DNA from: Lingula anatina
Taxonomy: Eukaryota; Animalia; Brachiopoda
NCBI GenBank assembly: GCA_051362555.1
Contig: CM120640.1
Span: 28,854,503-28,918,502 of the forward strand
Length of the DNA stretch: 64,000 bases
Reading direction: 5' to 3'
Below, one piece after another: positions 1 to 13,194 of the stretch. The notes under the pieces were generated by a model. It was not told the DNA's origin. It made no database searches and saw only the letters and a program-made list of their open reading frames with translations. Both the position numbers and the translations under genes were made by a program. The number at the start of each line of letters is the position of its first letter. The first letter of the stretch is position 1.

Positions 1-139
1 TAAATGTCCGTCCCGCCTACTACAAGCTGTAAGGGGGTAATTAACTTTTGTGCCCGCTCGGCTGACAGCTATTTAGCGTGAACCCCCAGGGAGTTAGGTC
101 GATCTAGTTTGGATCGATCTAATCTCTGGGAATGGGGTC
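1..139. mobile_element. Right half of a PIF/Harbinger-type fold-back MITE (same family as 41637-41851)
   Basis: Near-identical to 41713-41851; ends in ...GGGAATGGGGTC. Truncated by the window edge. Confidence 0.8.
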
Positions 140-290
140 TTTCTCTCTATTGCAAAGGCACACAGTCACATGTACTCGCGATGTTTAAAAACATTAATAT
201 ATTTACCGACATTTCAAATATGCTTTTATCATTTAAAGATAAAATTAAAGAATTAACCAAAAGATAAATTTATTCTTGACTTTCTTTTAG

Positions 291-3200
291 AGGCAAAACC
301 ACATGAAATAGAGCAATGCAGCTACGGCAACTGTTCTGCGCTGATGATTCCGTTTGATAACATCGTTCCTGAGCAAGTTTACTTGTGGAAAAGCCTTAGA
401 TACACGGCTTGCAGTGCCCAATGTCTAGGTGGTAAGAAATTACTCAAACCAATCTATCAGTTTGATGGGAGGCATTGTTAATATTAGTTAAATAAGTAGC
501 CAAGGCATATCAAGGTAAAACGGCATAAAGTGTGTATCGCTTAATTTCATGAAGAATGCTGTCACTTGATAATCAACGCAATTTTGAATCATCTGACACG
601 TGTAATATGCACCCATCGCACATATACTCAGTACTGTACACTGGATCAAGCATAAAAACTGTTAGTTACTTTTGTTACTCAGGGACAAGGTTTTATTGTG
701 CGCCAGGCCAATTTGCATGATAATGCATGTAGGCCTACATGTTCCATATGTTTGATTCACTTTGATTTCTTTTTGTATGATTCAATTTGAATTTTATGGA
801 AGTTGACAATAATGGATCTTATACTTAATTCCATGCAGGCTTTCAAGAATCCATAGTAGAGTGCGTCCGAGCATCTGATGATGCTGTAGTTGAAGACAGT
901 ATGTGTGCTGCGTCTCCAAAATTGTCTTCTGTGACTCGAGTCTGTGGCGATGGACCATGTCCGCCAAGGTACGAAATCACTCATTTTGAAACTACTCGTT
1001 AAAATTTCAGTTTTAATTAATACAATACTACAGAAAAGATCAGTAGATGGTTGTTTGAAATAAACATATCGAAAATAAGTCGGTTCATGAAGGATGTGCT
1101 ATTTCTTGAAACACTAGAGCAGCGCTTGAAAACAGTAGGGAATCACAATAAAAATGGTACAATTAGCCAAACTGTACGTGTGTGCGCGTGTATGTATTAA
1201 GCTAACATAACCAAATGTATATTGAAATCGGGCATGAAGCCTGACTGTGTTTTGTAGGATAGATGACAGAGAGTTAGTGTAGATATTTATGAAGGCGAAT
1301 GATCACCACGTCAGTGGTGCATTTGTCTGCCCAGAGCAGCTACCTATCCTATATTTTCTTGATATCTGCCAGGTGGCGTATAGGAGCGTGGGGGCACTGC
1401 TCCACTACGTGTGGGAGGGGCACGCAGACCCGCTCAGTGCAGTGTATTCAACAGTTGGCGCGTGGGGAAGATTTCACCGCCGCAGTGCCCGAGGATTTCT
1501 GTCCAGTACCGAAACCAGAGAGCGACAGGGAATGTAACCTCGCTGAATGCCCCCCTTTCTGGCATGTTGGAAACTGGACTACGGTATGATTTATAGTGAT
1601 TTTGATATAAAAGTATTTTCAAAAATACATTGACATTCATAGTAAGAATATCCGTTAATTCAAATGAAATTGCAAATAGGGAGAAGACGAAAAAATTATA
1701 GACATTGACTTAAAGTGATAAATACAAATTGAAATATATTAACCAGGTTAATGATTTCATTCAGTATAAATTTTGAATAATTGAGGTACACAGATGGTTA
1801 TTTCTCTTATACAGGCAGAACACTGTCAAAATTTTGCTGGCATTTGTTTTGCATTTCAGTGTTCTACACCTTGTGGCGGCGGTCTGCAGAGTCGTATGGT
1901 TATGTGTCAACAAGTGACTCCCACAGGAACAATAATAAAAGTAACAAATGAAGCCGAGTGCTTAGAAGAAAGGCCGTTGGCAGAAAGGAAATGCAATTCC
2001 TTTGATTGCTTCAATAAAATTTTGCCAAAACCTGCCAAAATTCGCAAAGACTTATCACATTATGTGCAGATCAAGCCAATGAAGCGAATTCTGTTAATAG
2101 TTGGTGGGAAGGCCACCGTTATTCCGCAGACGACAATATTGGTAAGGTGCCCCGTGAAAAATTACCCACAATCCGAGGTGGAATGGACTAATGATGGAGC
2201 CGTTATACCAAAATCAAATCATCACTCGAGATTAGGCCTCAAAGGTCATCACAGAATATTAAGAATACGTAAAAGCCGGTTAAAAGACGCCGGGATTTAC
2301 ACGTGCAGTGCAGACGGTGTAGCAGCTGCAATCTCGATAGATTTTCACTCAGAAGAACACGCGGCAAAATTACACAGTTTACGCAAGAAATATATGAGAA
2401 GCCATACATCGACGGATGTAATTTCAGACTCATGGAATGAGTACAACGGCAGCAGCTCGTATAGTTTTGTGACTAGTGACTGGGGAGTATGTTCCCAGAC
2501 ATGTGGTGGTAGAGGCATTCAAATGACAAACGTATCTTGTGAAATGATTACTGACACTTCGTATAAAATATTACCACAACAAATGTGCTTAGACGCTGGT
2601 CTTGTGAAGCCCCGAGAATCCCGTGGGTGTGGCTGGGCTGAGTGCCCGCATTGGACCCTGGGGGAGTGGAGTGAGGTAACGCAGGGTATACCAATACGCC
2701 AAAGGGTCCCAAATGGGGAGGGAGGATACTGAGTTGTGGCGAAATCCATTATATGAAAGTGTGATATTAAATTGATATGTTAAAGGAATGGTAGCTCGTA
2801 TCATGCCATTGGTTCATAACTGTGAGATATCTTGGCTAGTTCATAAAATTTAATATGTCAGCCAGACTATATTAGACTAGTAAAAAAAGTTAATTATGCT
2901 AAAGAGACTTAACAAGTTTTTCTATCTTTGAGTTAAGTCCCCTTAGAAACAGTTTACTTTTTTTAAATCATTGCACAAGAGAATGAAAAACCTATCTTAC
3001 CAAAATATATATTTCAACGAGCTTTACTTATGTATTCCACAGTGTTCCAATGAAACCTGCCTTGGCCACGCTACGGCTACCCAGCATATGCAGCTGTACT
3101 GCTCGCTCCTAAATGGAACCTACGTAGACAACGCTAACTGTGATAGAACCAGGGCACCCAGCACTTCACGACACTGTCACAACCCCCACTGTCACGCTGT

Positions 3201-4003
3201 CTGGGAGGTGTCACCCTGGACTAAAGTTAGTTTTGTGAAGTACAGGCATTTGAACGTTTGCAGTGCTTTAAAACAGAATAAAATTGGAACGGACAATTGC
3301 ATGGGGATTTTAACAGTTGTGATATTTGAAAACAAGAATTAGAATACGCACCTTTTTAAAAGTGCTTGGATTTATATTTTTTATGTTACTGGTTTCCCTG
3401 AAGTCTTTTTTTTTTTCAAAAGGATCATATATGGTTTGAGGGTTTTCATTTCACTTAAAGGCCGTTTTATCAATCACTTGTTTTCCAGTGTTCCAAAACA
3501 TGTGGTGAGACGGGCATCAGAAGCCGCATGTTGAAGTGTGTGTGGTCTGGCAGTGGGATTCCTGCAGGGATCAACTGTCGCAATATGGACAGACCGCACG
3601 CCGCAGTCACCTGCGAAATGCCAGCATGCCCTAACGGTACGCAACCGGTCACATACGGTAATTGACCTTCTAGATTTGCTGCTAGGGCGGTTGATATGGT
3701 TAATAAAATATTGACAAATTTTTGTATTGTGTACATTTGTAATTATATTTAAATTTCCCGATATGCTATTTAACCTGTGAAGAAAATGTATATTAGGTGT
3801 CATGAGTATCTGGCGGTGGGCCTGTTATTGCTCTTGATTACAAGCGAGGTAGTGTGGTTAATATATATAATATGATTTTTGATTGTTTCTTCATTTGCCT
3901 TCCAGATTGCTACGATCAGTCCAAATTTTGCGGCATGGTTCAAAGATTAAACATGTGTAGATTTAGAGACTACAAAACTCGATGCTGCTATTCGTGTTCT
4001 TGA
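291..4003 (+). CDS. ADAMTSL1: ADAMTS-like protein (ADAMTSL1/3, punctin/MADD-4 type), 3' portion; gene begins upstream of the window
   Basis: Phase-consistent GT-AG exons 291-431, 839-968, 1373-1583, 1860-2675, 3043-3225, 3489-3636 (or 3657) and 3906-4003. They encode repeated thrombospondin type-1 motifs (WxxCSxxCGxG), an Ig-like domain (VRCPV...VEW...DAGIYTC) and a terminal PLAC domain (DCYDQSKFCGMVQRLNMCRFRDYKTRCCYSCS*). Paralog assignment (L1 vs L3) is uncertain. Confidence 0.85.
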
Positions 4004-5834
4004 CAACATGATTTCAGCATGCAACTTCAAGAAGAAAAATTCATATCGGAGCTACTGCCATACTGGAATATTTTACAGAAAAAAAGATATTTCAGTTTCA
4101 GTGTGAGAGGAAAAACACACTTCAGATGGTGGTAATGATAACAAACGTCATTGGGATATTTAAAAACGGATATATTTCAATGATAAATATAAAATCTGAT
4201 CTGCATATCATTGTGCGTAGGGATAGAAACATTTCTTCAAGATCCGGTGACGGAAACACACGTCGATTCGAGAGGATTGAAAGATGTATACAAGTGGTAG
4301 GTTTCTACCAAGAATGTGCTCTTAGACATAGCATATGGCACAAACTAAAGGAGTCTTAATGCCTTGCGAGATTCAGGCATTTTAATCAATTTATAGAAAC
4401 AGTGAACTACAGACACTTGACGACAAAAAGTCGTTTTTCAAAGAAATGGTTTTATTTAAAATCTAAAATACTTTTAGTATATGTGGCTATATACACAAAC
4501 TTACAAGCTATTTACAATATTTTGCTATACGTTGATGGCTGTAACATTTTGCTCAATAATAAAGAACAGCATTGATGTAAAAAGATATTTTGCTTTACAA
4601 TTTCAACATTCATGTAATAAACTAAACTTACATTGTATAAAATAATATTTATGGGAGATACGCAACTAAACTTGAATCATAAAAACATATATCACAGAAT
4701 TTGATTTGAGAAGATTTAAAAATAAAACCCATCTTGTTTGTGGATCGAGGTAAAGATTCCTTTAAGCTCCCCAGGTTTTGACAAACCTATGTAAATAGAT
4801 AATGGGGACACATCACCATGGCAACTTAGAAGGTTCCTAATCTTGAAAGCTTCAGGAATGGGCATCCTTATAACATACTTGATTGCAAACTCCGAACAAG
4901 CAACCAATACGAAATTAAACAGACCAATTTGGATAAATTTGCCTGATTTGCGAAATTAAAGTTGTGCATAAGAAAGGGAACCTTCTGATTTACCAAAAGT
5001 TGTCAAATTAAGCCTTTTCATATTGCGTGATGCTAAAGGTACCTTCATATCTAAAATGTACTTACAACCTTGTATATTGCACATTTGTTTGTATTGGTGG
5101 GAAGGTGGGTGTTAGGTGTTATCCCGTACTTAACCCACTTGTGACGTACTTTGTTTTTTCAATGTCGTTAACAATAATGTTATAATTTTACATTAATGCA
5201 GTAGAAGCAAACTTGGAAATATACACCTACATGTTACATATAGTATTTCGATTTTAGCACAAAAGTTTTTTGCTTAAAAGCACCACTCTATATACTTAGC
5301 AGTGAATTTTAATTTTCATTTTTTGATAGGTTAAAAAATATGGCACACTAGTCTATGTCGTGCTTTTACCCATTAGTTTTGAATATGACTCTAAGCAAGC
5401 ACTGGCTGAAGCACACAAATAAAACAAATAGTGAAAAAATACAATAACTTAAAGGTTAATTTTCTTCCATGTAGCATGAAATAAACATCTAATTCTTTTT
5501 CAATTTTTTACATGTACTTCAGCTGGTTGTGCATAATTACTGCTCTCTTATCAGGACGGAATTATTTCCTCTTATCAAGTGGTGATAAGCAGTGATTGCT
5601 CCTTGAACCCTGAGGAAAATCTGCATTTTATCAAAGAATAAAAGAAGTGCCAATGTGCTATGCATGTGCTTATTTATGCAATAAGAAATTAATGGATTAT
5701 ATCTTTTCATCACAATTAAAAATCACAGTGCATGTCTTCAACATTGCACTAATTTGTTCAAGCATCGGAGGTTTCTTATGGACTAAATGCAATTTTGACT
5801 TCACATCCCAACAAAAAGAGTCTCAACAAGAAGT

Positions 5835-8800
5835 TTATGCAACAGCAATCTCTGCCACCTGAGGCACGGGTATGTTATTGGTGCCCTTGGGAAGTTCTGT
5901 CACAGTCTCTATGATAGGCTGATACCATTTATGTCCTCTTTCATCCTGATCTCTGTATCTGTAGCTAGACTGAGATGTATCTAAGATAGCCGCTGGACAG
6001 ATGGTGGATTTCTTCTTGACGTACTCCATTCTGTACATGGTGCCATCTTCAAATGGTGCCGAACTCATGAAGGCGTTCTGATCTGGTTTGCAGCTTCTCG
6101 CTGGAGCTGCGTTTTTAGGAATGTAGTGAGCTGTGAATGTAGAGATGCCTTCAAAAGGTGCATTGTTGGGCACATAGTCAGGTTTCATTGTTGGACGGGG
6201 TCGATTACCGAGATTCCATTTACGGTAATCATGGTTGTAGTTGGTGGAACCATCAAATGCTGCCGAGCTAGGCCTCCATTCTGGCTTGGCTTTGGCCAGG
6301 GTTCTGTCCATGGGTTTCTTGGTGAACTCAAGGTGTGTGGTTGACCTCAGGTCCATTTCTCCCTGGGGTTTAACCCACTGCTCAGGCTCATGGACAAATG
6401 GACGTTCCACTGGCCATCTCTTGAAGTCTTCCCTACATGTGGTGGTACCCTTGAATGGCTGATCTGAAATAAATGCTGACTGGTCTGGCTTTTGACTGGG
6501 AGCCCTGGGGGCCTTCTTGCCTTGGAAATCACGTTTATTGGTTGACAGTCCATCAAAAGCCATGGTAGGGGGTTGCCAAGTTGGTTTATCTCTGACATAC
6601 TTTGGGGGGATAGGTTTCTTGTTATACGCCTCTCTGTAGCCTGTCATGTCTTCTAGGGGTGCTTCAGACATCATGGCTGCCTCTTCAGGCTTGCAGCTTT
6701 TTGTGACTGGAATATTATGGCGGATGTAATCATGCTGAAAGGTTGAGTTGCCATCCATTTTCGCGGTTGGTGGCATCCAAGGTTCTTGTGTGTGGACCAT
6801 CTTCTTGGGCAATGCCCACTTCCTATAGTCAGCTGAAAAATAAAATATTACATTAGAAAATATATCACTTAACTCCCTAACTATACTTAAAAGTAGGATA
6901 TATTGAATTCAGGTGCCAAAAACAATTTCTTACTGAGCATCATTCAATCATGTCCCAAACCTAAAAATACACTATCATGATTATACATATCAAAGGCCAT
7001 TCTCTCAAAGGCTATTCTCATAGTAAGGGGAATGTGAATTTCATGGAAATCTTGCATTTTCTTTACAACTTAAAATGACATAATTCAAAAATGATCATAC
7101 GAACTAGCCTTTGAGACATAAGCAAAAGCCATTTGCAAATAGAAATGAGGGAGGTTGATGACAACAGAAACCCTGAAAAAATGTCCCTATGAAGAAATCT
7201 TATATCAAACAGATATGACTACAAATTTCTATACTTATTATTCTAAAGTACAAAATAAGATACAGACATTTTTGACAATGATCCCCCCATGAACTGAAGG
7301 TAAATTAAACTTACTTCTGTAAGTTGGTTCTCCTTCAAATTTTCCTTCAACTTTTCTCTGTCCATCCCTTTTGACAGCTTTTGCTGGTTCTATAGGTCTA
7401 CCTATAAATAAATTTAATAAAAAAATTAACTAAACAAGATTAGCAAAGTCATATAAACTAAGAGATTTGCATGGATTAAATAGGTTAAAATATACACTCG
7501 TTATAACAGCATATTGATGCTATACATAACCATCAAGTATTTGATCTGTTCAATTTCAAAATCTCCACTTACTACATAAAAGTAAATGTAACCATTACAT
7601 TTCACAAATGAGAGGATGTGCAATGTAGATAACAATAAAATAGATGTCATGAAATCAATAAAAACCTCTCAACTGCCTTCTGGATACAATACTAGTTGTT
7701 AGGGTGTGCTATTGCCAAGACAACCACCAATAATACATAATTATCATACAGGTTCATTACTCTAGATACCAGACACAACAGGATATTAAATGATCCGTCC
7801 CGAACTACCACATCTTAATTTAACAGAAACAAAGTTTGAAATGATCACAGTCAACCTAAAATACACAGGTAGTAATTTATTGCAACAGAATCTGTCATTT
7901 AATGGACTTATTGAGAATACATGTGCTATTAATTTCACTGTTACCACCTCTCTTTATTTAGAGTTGCTAATATTTCACTATTGGATATGGCTAGATCTAT
8001 TGTCCACCATATGAAAACAAATAGAATCGACACTAAAATGCACAGAATATGGGCATAAACTCCTGGTAGAGTTGGCAAACTTGCCACTTTCCTCAATTCA
8101 TAACTTACATTTTAAAAGGTATTTCTAAACTCTCAACTGTACCTATATATTCTTTTCTGTAAGATGTAGTCATGTCCATTTCTCCCTCCACTGGCTTATA
8201 CACCTCTGGCTGGTGGACATAGGGTCTTTCTGTCGGGTGTTTCACGTAGTCAACTCTGTAAATAACGTGCAGTAATGAGGTGATGCAATACAAATGAAAA
8301 ACTGAACATAGGCATGAAAAATACATATGTTAGTGTACAGCAATAATTCATGATGATGTTGTTTCACAGCATTAACATAAACAACTGATCAATATTGTGC
8401 TACTACACCTGCAAAACATAAGTCAAGACTGGGTTGGGTCAGAATTTCAATTAATACACTACATCACCATTAAGTGTACATGTAACAGACATATCTTTAG
8501 TGTGTCCATAAAGGTATTTCCATAAACTACTTAAATCAATCTCTTCTTTCTCCCCACCCCCTACACCTGACAAAGCACTAGGGGCCATAGGGAAAATTTA
8601 TATATTTATATATACAAATGTGTAACAATTAAAACAAGACAAACACAGTGAATACAAGAAAAACATCATCATCATTTTGAAATGTAGGTCAATTAAAACA
8701 AAAAAAACTGTGTAAATAAACTGACTACAAAAATTCATAATTACCTGTTGGTTGTCTTGTCTGCCATAGGGCCGCTGCTGTGCATGGCCTCGGTTTTGGG

Positions 8801-11800
8801 CTTTAAGGAAGGGCGGGGTGGGACAAAGCGGCCCAGGTAATTGGTGTTGTATTCTGATATAAGGCATGGCGTTCCCCCTCGATTGATGACACCAAGGGGC
8901 CTATGAGGGCAACGATGCCGCCTAAAGGGAATGAGAGAAAAAGAGTCAGTGAATTATTTCAAAAACACTGTTAATCATGCCTCGACAGATACAATTCAGG
9001 TTGATCCTTCTACTTTTTTTTCTCTTTTGAGAAAAACTATCACCTAAAATGAAACACATGTTCTTGATTAATCAAAAGAAATAAGTAGATAAATAAATAA
9101 ATTCCTACTCTGACTTAAGTGAGACACTTTGCAATCAGAACACGTGCTTTAAGGTTTGAAAACCCCCCAAAATTCTATTTTTCTGTCATCCACAGCTTCT
9201 TATAAAACCTTACATACACACAAAATGATTTAGTCCCTTAAATATTTTTTCTGGAGGGCACCTGATGTTCTTATTTCCATTAGAGCTTATAGGAAAATGG
9301 TCACTGTTATAATGACTGGCCAATCATTTTAAGCTAAAATCAGCCTTTACAGATTTTATCAACCGTCAAATCCAAGTGCAGGCAAGGTTAGATAAATGAT
9401 TCATGAGTATGAAAAAATTGCTTATTTTCCTGGGAAAATCCATTTTAATGGATAAACCTCATGGAGTGTGCCTTAAAAATAGGTTTGATGTAGCAGGACT
9501 GGCTTTACTCAACAGTATTCTTTCTTAGGCAAAAACTACTCAGAAAAAAATATACAACAAATAGTTTCGACAGGATTTCATTTTATTATTTTTTCTTTCA
9601 AAATACAAAGTGAGTGGATGGAAAGTAAGTTTAGCATGTGGTTTCTATTATGAACTGTGTGTATAACTATTTGGCAATGGGCAGAGTTAGGATAAGTAAC
9701 TAACAACAATGACATTGATCTGTTAGTTTCAAATATTGACTGAAGGCAATGAAAGTTAAACACGATGTAGATATAAATCTGGTGCAGGTAACTTTTACCT
9801 GAACAAAAAGTACCATTGATTTTAGATTCTCATCAAATACTAACTGAACTTTGGGGACTTTGTAGTTGATTTCATGTTTTACAGTGAGGCTTTACAAAAA
9901 ATACTTCACTTTATCAATGTTTTATGAGTACCTTCATATATTCATTCTAAACATGCAAAAAACATCTAAATCTCAAACTCTGCACACTAATTAAATTTTC
10001 CCTTTCATCTGTGAAATGTTTGCAAGATGTAGGGGAGCAGTTGTTATCAGCATACCACGCCCAATCCTATGGTAACCAGGCCCTACTACTATGCCCCTGT
10101 GTTATCAGAGCTAGGTATTAACATTCCTCTTGTTGCAAAAGTTACCAGTATATCAAATGTAAGCCATGGCTTTAAAGGAACATGTAATCTAACAAACTTT
10201 GTTGTTAATGGCTTGTAATAGAAGTTACATCAAACAAACTGGAAATAGACCCTAGTTGTACGGGAGTTTATTTGAAATGGACTGCCATAGCATTTATCAC
10301 TAAGATTGGAACTTATAATAACCAACTTAGCCAAATCATTAATAACTTTACTCCTATGCAGTGAAAACATGCCCACTGATGTCTTACTCTTTAAATTGGT
10401 TAAGTGATGAAGCATTCTGTTACTAGGTAACTGCTTATATAAACAACCCTAAAATATTTTGAATGCCTTGAGAGAAATAAATGTATACATTGAAGCACAA
10501 AATGCAGTAATATTATTTTGATCAAATCCCTAGGGATCTGGGTGAGGATGAGAATCGATTACTTCTATTTTAGGTGGTATAAACAAGTTGATTGTCTGTA
10601 CAAGGACATAGGAGGTAACAGAAGGTTTCATTGTGTGGTTCTACTGTACATGTTTACACAAAAAAAAAAAAACTTTCATAAATTGTGACTTGTACAGCCC
10701 TCACCTTTCACATTAAAAGTTTTACGTAACTTGCTCTCTAACTGCAGGTTAACTGTTTGCTTTATTCATAATGAATGGCTAAATATTATTTTTCAAAACA
10801 CAAATTTAGTAGGTCTCTGGTTTAATGTAAATAAGGACTTACAAAACATCTTATTTTGCTAAAATGTGCTCTACACATAATGATGCAAAAGTATGTGGAT
10901 TTTCTGCTTTTCAAGGAAGTATTTTCTGCATTTCAAAAATGGATTCCTCCAACCTAAGTTAAATATGTAAAGGAGACAAATATTTACTGCTAATTTTTCA
11001 TACCTTTCTTCTGTTTCATTTACTGATTTTATGTGCAAGCTAGTAAAATGCCTCATGAATACTGATTTTACATATGAAAACAGCATTTAAATTCCAGTCA
11101 TGAATTCCATTAGCTGAGCTTCAGCCCACTTGATAAATGATCTTAGAAGTGAACAACTTAACATTTACCTAATATTTCACATGAGGCAAAGGCATGTCAT
11201 CTTTGAACTTATTTTCTTAAAGGAATTTAAGCATTTATGTAGACTTGCATGTACTGTACAATGTATGCATGTCAAATAACACCATGCACCATTTGGAATA
11301 CTTAATTGCCATGTTAGTTCTACTCAGGAAATTCAATATGCCACTGGCCTTGTTTTATTACATGTAATTGTTTATGCACTTTAGTTGTACCTTGTGTACA
11401 TGAAGCAATGACATCTAAATTATACTTATAGTATCATTTATTTCACTTGTCATAAAACATCGATCATTGCAAAAAAGCTGATGTATCCAGTTTACTTAGT
11501 TGCCTCAGAAAAAAGATTTTCATTTAGAAAACTACCACAGGTTATTCAGATAGAAAAAAATGATAAGATGAAAAATATGATATTTAACAATTAAGCCTTC
11601 ATAAACCATATACAATTTTTCATTCAAAATCTTTTACGTAAATATCATTGCAAAATTTAACGGCCACATTTCATAAATTTCAAAAGAAGGCAAAAGATAT
11701 CCAATGGGTAATAAAATAATGATTTTTGAAACCTTAGCGTTATCTGACAAAAAAAGCATTGGGTGATTAATGAGAAAAAGATGCTCTCCCCAAATAGTTT

Positions 11801-12066
11801 AGAGATTATGTATCTACAGTGGGCCCATAAATTCAGTGCAAACCATCACCAATTCAACCTCAAAAAATCAAACTCATTTAGAAGAATACCATGACAAATT
11901 GCTACAGGGTTATTTGCACCGGCCATAGTGTACGCCACAGCCGCAAGCGTCACTGACAGCATCTCACGAGCATTAATGAAACGGGCACCTGCCCCTTATT
12001 TTACGCTAAAATGTCACATTTTACTTACCCACAGTTACATATCTCGCAGATACACCTTCTTGTCAT
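5835..12066 (-). CDS. SAXO1: Stabilizer of axonemal microtubules (SAXO1/FAM154 family)
   Basis: Exons 12066-12029, 8921-8745, 8255-8143, 7401-7315 and 6832-5835, all GT-AG and in phase. The N-terminus MTRRCICEICNCGRHRCPH...PCLISEYNTNY matches the SAXO1 Cys-rich start. Repeated Mn-type modules follow (STFQHDY, STNKRDF, TTCREDF, STTHLEF, STNYNHDY, STFTAHY, TMYRMEY). Confidence 0.9.
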
Positions 12067-12193
12067 CTTTGACTGTTTTCTGCGACTGTTGTCTTCACAC
12101 TATTAAAGATGTTCTTATTAAACCCGACTTCTCCCGTTTCTGTTGTACAGATAGGCATACGCGTGCACGTTGTCAAGCACCACAACAGACTCT

Positions 12194-12447
12194 TGTTTAT
12201 TTAACCCTTTGTAACTAGGTTGTTGCTTGGAGAGGTTGGGTCAAAGAAACAGTTTAAATAATTTGAATAAGACAAATAAAATAACATATATATGCTGACT
12301 TTAATTATGAATAACTAAAAAGGTGACATCTTATGGATTTTGGTGAGATATTTGTTGTTTCGAGATCATCAAGTTGTGTTTTAACAAATTTAACGTAGCA
12401 AGCGCAACCCTTTGGATTAATGGACTTGCCCTTCCACAACCGGAAGC
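12194..12447. promoter_or_regulatory. Divergent SAXO1/EFL1 promoter region with forkhead, X-box-like and ETS motifs
   Basis: TGTTTAT (12194-12200) and GTTGCTTGGAGAG (12222-12234) lie just upstream of the SAXO1 ATG. ACCGGAAGC (12439-12447) lies toward EFL1. CpG is visibly more frequent here than in the flanking gene bodies. Confidence 0.5.
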
Positions 12448-13194
12448 AGGTTTAAAAAATACATGGATTGTTCATTGGTGAATCCATCAATATAATGTGT
12501 AATGATGAAAGTATTGAAGGGCATTAAACTATAAAGTAATTATTTTTATGTCATATTCCATTTTATGAATTGTTTTGGTTTGTTTTGTTCTAAATTCCTT
12601 TCCCTTGACTGTAAAATATTCCTTACATTAGATGCAGCCAGGAAGCATGCAGTGATCGAAGCAGACGGAGTATTATTTACACATTTTTATACTACAGTTG
12701 GCTATGGTTGTGCCAAATTTATTGGTTTTTACGTATTAATACACCAGAATCATAAATATAGGTAAAACGGGTTGCTATTTAAAAGGTTCTAGCTTTAAAC
12801 ACCAAGTAATATGTTAGTTGCGACCTGCAATATTTGGACCCACGTTGCTCATTATTTACTCATTACTGGACGTTGTGCAATTGTATGTTTAACTTTCTTC
12901 GCGTATTTCTCTTCAGATCAAACTAAATACATCGTGTAATTCATTACAGTTACAAAGTGCGATCATTCGTCTACACATGGCATTGTACAGAGTGAACTAC
13001 GTCGTCCATGCAAAAGTTTACTAGTACCAGCGATTGTAGTTGGCAGTTGTAAACTACATTTGCACTGTAGTTCTTGTAATCTAAGTCGAAATTAACTTTT
13101 TTATCATTGTTACTTCTCCTTGCGTAAGCTGGCTTAAAATGTATTTTTAAGTGAACTATGTGTACCACTTCAAAACCTATTTTTTTCCAGTAAA

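Noticed and set aside
6126-6598. Overlapping antisense and alternative-frame ORFs within the SAXO1 last exon (similar ones in SMUG1, EFL1 and CHSY1)
   Set aside because: Expected shadows of real coding exons; no independent signals.
8350-8388. C box (ATGATGA) and D box (CTGA) pair suggesting a snoRNA
   Set aside because: Only ~40 nt long and antisense to the host SAXO1 intron.
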